The notes under the pieces: generated by a model
Seen by the model: only the letters and a program-made list of their open reading frames with translations
The model's database searches: none
Told to the model about the DNA's origin: nothing
In this document: positions 59,054 to 64,000 of the stretch, in pieces
Position numbering within the stretch: the stretch's first letter is position 1
Layout: every line of letters starts with the position of its first letter
Position numbers and translations under genes: made by a program
Assembly (NCBI GenBank): GCA_913060875.1
Contig: CAJXSL010000001.1
Coordinates: forward strand, 576,464 to 640,463
DNA: 64,000 nt
DNA from: an uncultured Desulfobacteraceae bacterium
Lineage (GTDB): Bacteria > Desulfobacterota > Desulfobacteria > Desulfobacterales > UBA5852
Reading direction: 5' to 3'

Positions 59054-60225
59054 TGTCCGATACAAGAACCCCAACAGGCGGCACCCTGTTGACCCCGTTT
59101 AACATCGTGGCCGGCCTGATTCTCCTGATTGGCGCGGTGATTACGGTGCTGCGGTTTACCGGGGGATTGGCCGCCGTATCCAACCTTTCCGATTACAACC
59201 CTTGGGGCCTGTGGATCGGCTTTGACCTCCTGGTCGGCGTCGCCCTGGCGGCCGGCGGGTTTGTCACATCCGCCGCCTGCTATATCTTTGGCCTGAAGCG
59301 CTATCATTCGGCCGTACGCCCGGCCATTCTGACCGCTTTCCTGGGCTATGCCCTGGTCGTTTTCGCGTTGCATTACGATGTCGGCCGTCCCTGGCGCCTG
59401 CCCTATCCCTTCATCGTACAGCCGGGAACAACCTCCCTGCTCTTTGAAGTGGGCGCCTGTGTGGCCCTTTATCTGACGGTGCTCTTTATCGAATACACGC
59501 CCGCCGCCCTGGAGTGGTTGGGCCTGAAGCGCGCCCGCAGCATCGTCGTCAAGCTGACGCTCCTGCTGACCATTTTCGGTGTCGTGCTTTCGACCCTGCA
59601 CCAGTCATCCCTGGGCGCCCTGTTCCTGATCGCACCGTCCAAACTGCACCCCCTGTGGTATTCGGCCTACCTGCCGGTTTATTTTTTCATATCCGCCATC
59701 ATTGCCGGGCTTTCCATGGTGATTTTCGAAAGCAGTATGGCGCACAAATATTTCCATGACAAGATGGATGACACCCATCTGGCGGAAGCCGACGGCGTGG
59801 CGCTCGGTTTCGGCAAGGCGGCTTCTTTCGTTCTTTTCGGCTATTTCATCATCAAAGTGGTCGGCCTGGCCGTGGACAACAACTGGCATTACCTGGTTAG
59901 CGGGTGGGGCGCGTGGTACCTGGTGGAAATCATCGGGTTCGTGCTGCTGCCCTGTTATCTTTATGCGGTCGGAGCCCGGGATAAAAATGTCAAACTGATC
60001 CGACGGACGTCGGGGCTGGCCGTTCTGGGGATTGTTCTCAACCGGTTCAATATTTCCCTGATCGCCTTCAATTATCACCTGCCCAGCAGTGAACGGTACT
60101 TCCCCCACTGGATGGAAATCGGCATCTCGGTGTTTGTGGTCACCGTGGGCGTCCTGGTCTATCGGTTCATCGTAACCCATATGCCGATTCTGTATGAACA
60201 CCCGGATTACAAAGAAGAGCATTGA
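59053..60225 (+). CDS. hmcC: HmcC: NrfD/PsrC-family integral membrane quinone-interacting subunit
   Basis: 390 aa with about 10 TM helices. TGATG overlap with hmcB. GGAGGA RBS. Confidence 0.85.
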   Translation: MSDTRTPTGGTLLTPFNIVAGLILLIGAVITVLRFTGGLAAVSNLSDYNPWGLWIGFDLLVGVALAAGGFVTSAACYIFGLKRYHSAVRPAILTAFLGYALVVFALHYDVGRPWRLPYPFIVQPGTTSLLFEVGACVALYLTVLFIEYTPAALEWLGLKRARSIVVKLTLLLTIFGVVLSTLHQSSLGALFLIAPSKLHPLWYSAYLPVYFFISAIIAGLSMVIFESSMAHKYFHDKMDDTHLAEADGVALGFGKAASFVLFGYFIIKVVGLAVDNNWHYLVSGWGAWYLVEIIGFVLLPCYLYAVGARDKNVKLIRRTSGLAVLGIVLNRFNISLIAFNYHLPSSERYFPHWMEIGISVFVVTVGVLVYRFIVTHMPILYEHPDYKEEH

Positions 60226-60245
60226 TTGCCAGGGAGGATAACGTC

Positions 60246-60374
60246 ATGGAAGGCCAAATTTTTACCCTGCAGGATTTCATGTACAGCACCAAGAGCATTA
60301 CCTATCTGGTCATCGTGGCCGCTTTGATCCTGTTTCCGATCTTCTGGCGGTTTCTGACCAGCAGGGACGAATAA
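60246..60374 (+). CDS. hmcD: HmcD-like 42-aa single-TM membrane peptide (not in the ORF track)
   Basis: GGGAGGA RBS 7 nt before ATG 60246. Translation MEGQIFTLQDFMYSTKSITYLVIVAALILFPIFWRFLTSRDE*. Sits between hmcC and hmcE, as hmcD does in Desulfovibrio. Confidence 0.55.
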   Translation: MEGQIFTLQDFMYSTKSITYLVIVAALILFPIFWRFLTSRDE

Positions 60375-60445
60375 CAAGTTGCGGCTGAGGGGGGATATTA
60401 TTCCCGAGGCGAACCGCATTAATCTTTTTGTTCAAGGAGTCACCC

Positions 60446-61123
60446 ATGTACGCATTTGTAACCGGACCGCTGGCATGGCTGTCGTTTACGGTCTTTATTG
60501 TCGGAATAATTGCCCGCATTATCTGGTATTTTCGGGGGTTGAGCTGGCAGTTGGACCGTGTCGCCTATAAGGAGCATATGGCCTACGGTATCAAAGGCGC
60601 GATTCGCTCCATTGTCTTCTGGCTGATTCCCTTTGGGACACATAGCTGGCGTTTCTATCCGTTTTTCACCATCTGTGTCTTCACCTTCCATATCGGCCTT
60701 CTGTTTACACCGCTTTTTATCTTCGGACACAATGTACTGTTGCAGGAGCGGTGGGGCTTCAGCCTGTGGGCCATGCCGGAAGGCATGGCGGATTTCATGA
60801 CGGTGGCCGTGATCATCGCGGTGCTGTTCATTATCCTGCGCCGCAATGCCCTGCCGGAAGTCCGCATTTTGACGACGCCATACGATTACCTGGTTCTTGC
60901 CATTGCCGTTGCCCCTTTTGTCACGGGTTTGCTGGCGCATCACCAGATCGGCAACTATAATTTCTGGCTGATCGCCCATATCCTCGCCGGCGAGATTTTT
61001 CTGGTGGCGATACCGTTGACCAAGCTGTCTCACTTTATCGGATTCTTCCTTTCCCGGGCGCAGCTCGGTATGGACTACGGGATCAAACGCGGTGGAATGA
61101 AAAGTAAAGGTCTGGCCTGGTAA
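60446..61123 (+). CDS. hmcE: HmcE: NarI/HdrE/DsrM-like membrane cytochrome b
   Basis: AAGGAG RBS before ATG 60446. About 5 TM helices with conserved His residues (FHIGLL.., GHNVLL, AHHQIG, AHILAGE). Confidence 0.8.
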   Translation: MYAFVTGPLAWLSFTVFIVGIIARIIWYFRGLSWQLDRVAYKEHMAYGIKGAIRSIVFWLIPFGTHSWRFYPFFTICVFTFHIGLLFTPLFIFGHNVLLQERWGFSLWAMPEGMADFMTVAVIIAVLFIILRRNALPEVRILTTPYDYLVLAIAVAPFVTGLLAHHQIGNYNFWLIAHILAGEIFLVAIPLTKLSHFIGFFLSRAQLGMDYGIKRGGMKSKGLAW

Positions 61124-61157
61124 ATGGCATCAACCCATTCGGTAAGGAACGAGAGTC

Positions 61158-62540
61158 ATGCCTGAAGGAAAACTTTGCAATAAACAAACAGTCGATACGG
61201 AAGAGCAACTCCAGGCCCTTCTGAACGACAAGAGCGGTAAGCAGTATTACGAGGAGATGAACCATCTTGACGTGGATGCCAAAGCGCTGTGGGCCACCAT
61301 CCAGAAGACCCTCAAATCCCGATTGCGCACATGGCTTGAAATTTGTGCCCACTGCGGGATGTGTTCCGACAGTTGTTTTTTCTATATGGCCAACAAGAAG
61401 GACCCCACCCAGGTGCCGTCCTACAAGATACAATCGACATTGGGTGAACTGGTCCGCCGCAAGGGACATGTGGACAATGCCTTCATGCAGATGGTAATGG
61501 ATACGGCATGGTCCAAGTGCACTTGCTGCAACCGCTGCGGCATGTACTGCCCCTTCGGCATCGATATGGGGGTCATGTTCAGCTATCTGCGCGGCCTGTG
61601 TTTTACCCAGGGATTCGTCCCCTGGGAATTGAAGATCGGATCGGGCATGCACCGCATCTACAGGGCCCAGATGAACGTGACCACGGAAGACTGGGTCGAC
61701 ACCTGTGAATGGATGGCTGAAGAATATGAGGAAGACTGGCCCGGTCTGACGATACCCGTCGACAAGCAGGATGCCGACATCATTTACACGGTAAACGCCC
61801 GGGAACCCAAACACTACCCGGAAGACCTGGCGGAAGCGGCCATTCTCTTTCATCTGGCCGGCGAAAATTGGACTGTCCCCAGCGAGGGGTGGGAGGAGAC
61901 CAGTCTGGCCATGTTTGCCGGCGACTGGGCCGCCTGCAAAATGCAGGTGGAAAGCGTTTATGACGCGATGGAGCGCCTCAATCCCAAACGCATGGTCGTC
62001 ACCGAGTGCGGGCATGCCTACCGGGCGACGGTTGTCGAAGGGCCCTACTGGACCGGACGCAAGGATGGCCAGACGCCCATCCCCAGTTTCCACTATGTGG
62101 AATGGGTCGCCGAGGCGCTGCGGACGGGCAAAATCAAGATCGATCCGGCCAAGAAGATCAAGGAACCGGTGACCTACCAGGATTCGTGCAACTATATCCG
62201 CAATGCCGGTTTGAAGGATGTCGCCCGGGAGATCATGGGCTATATCGCCGAGGATTTCCGCGAAATGAAGCCCAACAAGGAACATAATTTCTGCTGTGGC
62301 GGCGGGGGGGGATTGAACGGTATCGGCCGCTACCGGGAACAGCGCAATATCGGCCTCAAGGTCAAGCGCGATCAAATTCTGGCCACCGGCGCCAATCTGG
62401 TGATTGCCCCGTGCCACAACTGCTGGGATGCCATTCGGGATCTTGAGGAAGAGTTCGAAATCGGTATCCGGTGGTCGTTTCTCAAACCCCTGCTGATTCA
62501 TATGGCGATCGTCCCGGACCATCTCAAGCCCGAAGAATAG
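61158..62540 (+). CDS. hmcF: HmcF: HdrD/DsrK-like cytoplasmic Fe-S protein (two 4Fe-4S motifs plus two CCG domains)
   Basis: [11 protein letters not shown] and [10 protein letters not shown], with CCG-type motifs (CNYIRN..., CCGGGGG, PCHNC). Confidence 0.85.
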   Translation: MPEGKLCNKQTVDTEEQLQALLNDKSGKQYYEEMNHLDVDAKALWATIQKTLKSRLRTWLEICAHCGMCSDSCFFYMANKKDPTQVPSYKIQSTLGELVRRKGHVDNAFMQMVMDTAWSKCTCCNRCGMYCPFGIDMGVMFSYLRGLCFTQGFVPWELKIGSGMHRIYRAQMNVTTEDWVDTCEWMAEEYEEDWPGLTIPVDKQDADIIYTVNAREPKHYPEDLAEAAILFHLAGENWTVPSEGWEETSLAMFAGDWAACKMQVESVYDAMERLNPKRMVVTECGHAYRATVVEGPYWTGRKDGQTPIPSFHYVEWVAEALRTGKIKIDPAKKIKEPVTYQDSCNYIRNAGLKDVAREIMGYIAEDFREMKPNKEHNFCCGGGGGLNGIGRYREQRNIGLKVKRDQILATGANLVIAPCHNCWDAIRDLEEEFEIGIRWSFLKPLLIHMAIVPDHLKPEE

Positions 62541-62571
62541 GCTGTGGTCAGTCCCGATGAGTGGATAGATA

Positions 62572-63108
62572 ATGAATACGGTGACCTTAAAAAGCAACGG
62601 CGCGTTGTTTTGCGACGGCAAGCCCGTGATGGATGAGCCGTTGATGTGTCTGGGAATGCAGGTGGCCCTCGATGACGGGGTGACGCTGCGAAGCATTTTC
62701 CGCATGATCGAAACCTATCCGCTTCTGGCACGGTTGAATACTTTTTTCCCGACCTATATCGAGCAGTATCGGGAAATGCCGGCCGATGGCTGTCTCTGCG
62801 ATGATTTCGCCTACGTCGCGTTTGGCAAAACCGTGGAAATGATCGGATACCCGGGCGAACCACGTCTTGAAATCTATAGCGCCTTAAAAGGCGAAGGCGG
62901 CGGGGCGCCATGCGAAATTCGCAACTATGAGTTGGAACACCTGCTGGATATGCCGCTTCGTCTGGGCAAACTCCGCCATATTGTTTTTGGTGACACGGTA
63001 GACCAGTTTGAGTTCGGAACGGTCTTCAACCTATTTGAATTCATTGACGGCATTGTGTGGGAACTGAGTTTCCACGGCACCCTGCGGGCTTGTGCAATAA
63101 GGAGGTAG
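62572..63108 (+). CDS. Hypothetical 178-aa cytoplasmic protein downstream of hmcF
   Basis: ORF with no recognisable motif. Its TAG stop (63106-63108) lies next to the GGAGG RBS (63101-63105) of the following USP gene. Confidence 0.55.
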   Translation: MNTVTLKSNGALFCDGKPVMDEPLMCLGMQVALDDGVTLRSIFRMIETYPLLARLNTFFPTYIEQYREMPADGCLCDDFAYVAFGKTVEMIGYPGEPRLEIYSALKGEGGGAPCEIRNYELEHLLDMPLRLGKLRHIVFGDTVDQFEFGTVFNLFEFIDGIVWELSFHGTLRACAIRR

Positions 63109-63110
63109 AC

Positions 63111-64000
63111 ATGTTTGAAAAAATACTCTTCGCGACGACCGGTACGCCGACATGTGATCACGCTGCGCACGTCGCGTTCGACTTGAAGAAGAAATACCAT
63201 TCCGAACTTACCTTGTTTCACTCCATGGGGATGCCTTCCCGCGGCTTCAGCCAGTTTGTCAAAGATTCGCGGACGGGGGAGGAGGAATACCTGGACAACG
63301 ACTATGCCGACTGGGTCAAAGAAGAACTGAAAACCTATTATGCAAAGCAACTGGCCGAGGCCGAAGGAGTCCTTTTTGAAACCACGGCCGGTGAATCCCA
63401 TCGGGAGATTCTGCGCGCGGCGCGAAAGACGGATGCCGATTTAATTGTCATGGGGGCCCATTCCCGTGACGAGGAAGCGGGGGCGACGCGCTACCGCAAT
63501 GTTGTCGGCAGCACCATGCAGCGGGTTGCCAAAGGCGCCAAATGCCCCGTATTGATTGTCAGCCGTCCCTGCACCACCTGCCTGTGGTATTTCTCCAACA
63601 TCATTTTCGGAACCGATTTTTCCAAAGCTTCCTATTCGGCGTTTCTGTTCGCCTACCAGCTGGCCAAGGCAATCGGAGCCAAACTGCATCTTTTCCATGC
63701 GTTGGATATGAGCAGTATTCATGCCGGCAAAGCGGTTTCCCAGGACGAGATCGAACGCGAAATTGCTGAAGCCCGGGAGCGTATCGAAAAGACCTATGTG
63801 GCGAAGATGGAAGATTACGACAATTACGAAGTGGAGGTCTGGGAAGGGGTTCCTTACGTTGAAATCCTCAAGTTCGCCCGGGAGCGTAATGGGGATCTGA
63901 TTGTCATGGCCCATCATACACGCGAGGTCGATCCCGAGGAGGCCGTGCTTGGCAGTACGGTGGAACAGGTGGTGCTGCGTGCGGCCTGTCCGGTGGCCAG
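63111..64000 (+). CDS. Tandem universal stress protein (UspA x2), 3'-truncated by the window edge (not in the ORF track)
   Basis: My own translation from ATG 63111: MFEKILFATTGTP...ADLIVMGAHSR...GSTMQRVAKGAKCPVLIV, then a second unit NIIFGTDFS...GDLIVMAHHTR...GSTVEQVVLRAACPV. Open to nt 64000. Confidence 0.8.
   Translation, partial: MFEKILFATTGTPTCDHAAHVAFDLKKKYHSELTLFHSMGMPSRGFSQFVKDSRTGEEEYLDNDYADWVKEELKTYYAKQLAEAEGVLFETTAGESHREILRAARKTDADLIVMGAHSRDEEAGATRYRNVVGSTMQRVAKGAKCPVLIVSRPCTTCLWYFSNIIFGTDFSKASYSAFLFAYQLAKAIGAKLHLFHALDMSSIHAGKAVSQDEIEREIAEARERIEKTYVAKMEDYDNYEVEVWEGVPYVEILKFARERNGDLIVMAHHTREVDPEEAVLGSTVEQVVLRAACPVA

Noticed and set aside
56740-59074. Two ~377-aa ORFs on the - strand (56740..57873 and 57944..59074)
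   Set aside because: They are antisense shadows of hmcA (16 CxxCH motifs) and hmcB (Tat signal plus ferredoxin clusters). The sense-strand assignments are decisive.
61083-62705. 540-aa ORF on the - strand
   Set aside because: Antisense shadow of hmcF, which carries bona fide Fe-S and CCG motifs. It has no RBS and its sequence is low-complexity.

Overview
This 64-kb chromosomal segment looks like a sulfate-reducing Desulfobacterota (deltaproteobacterial) genome. That assignment is inferred from a complete rrf2-hmcABCDEF redox operon, a type-B sdhCAB and the general gene content. Most of the window is conserved housekeeping: purL-purQ, groES-groEL, hflK-hflC, two tandem tRNA-Ser genes, dnaX-ybaB-recR, murI, a ClC chloride channel operon, an MscS channel, sdhCAB, tolQ-tolR-tolA-tolB-pal-cpoB, ruvC-ruvA-ruvB, a bactofilin pair, rplM-rpsI and the 16-haem Hmc transmembrane redox complex. 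I saw no rRNA, CRISPR array, transposase, integrase or prophage genes. The accessory-looking part is 3.2-19.4 kb. It holds a sigma-54-like promoter, four prepilin-type minor pilins (FimT/GspH-, PilV-, PilW- and PilX-like) and a giant (~2,790 aa) PilY1-type tip protein. That protein has a long N-terminal extension of Calx-beta domains, including a 99.4%-identical 345-bp tandem duplication, plus MopE-like metal-binding motifs and a VWA domain. It is followed by two small secreted proteins, a 743-aa cytoplasmic protein I cannot assign to any family, and an orphan PilB/GspE-type ATPase. This is my best candidate for an undescribed system, but the evidence is domain reading and gene order only. Other points worth checking: an unlisted 32-codon TTG-initiated ORF encoding a bS22/AURKAIP1-like ultra-basic peptide (24257-24355); an A11 slippery run in dnaX with stops in both shifted frames; a nested palindrome over the rrf2-hmc promoter; an unlisted hmcD-like mini-ORF; and an HTH-EIIA(Ntr)/ClC/USP operon. 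All calls come from reading the translations and the DNA by eye; no database searches were run.
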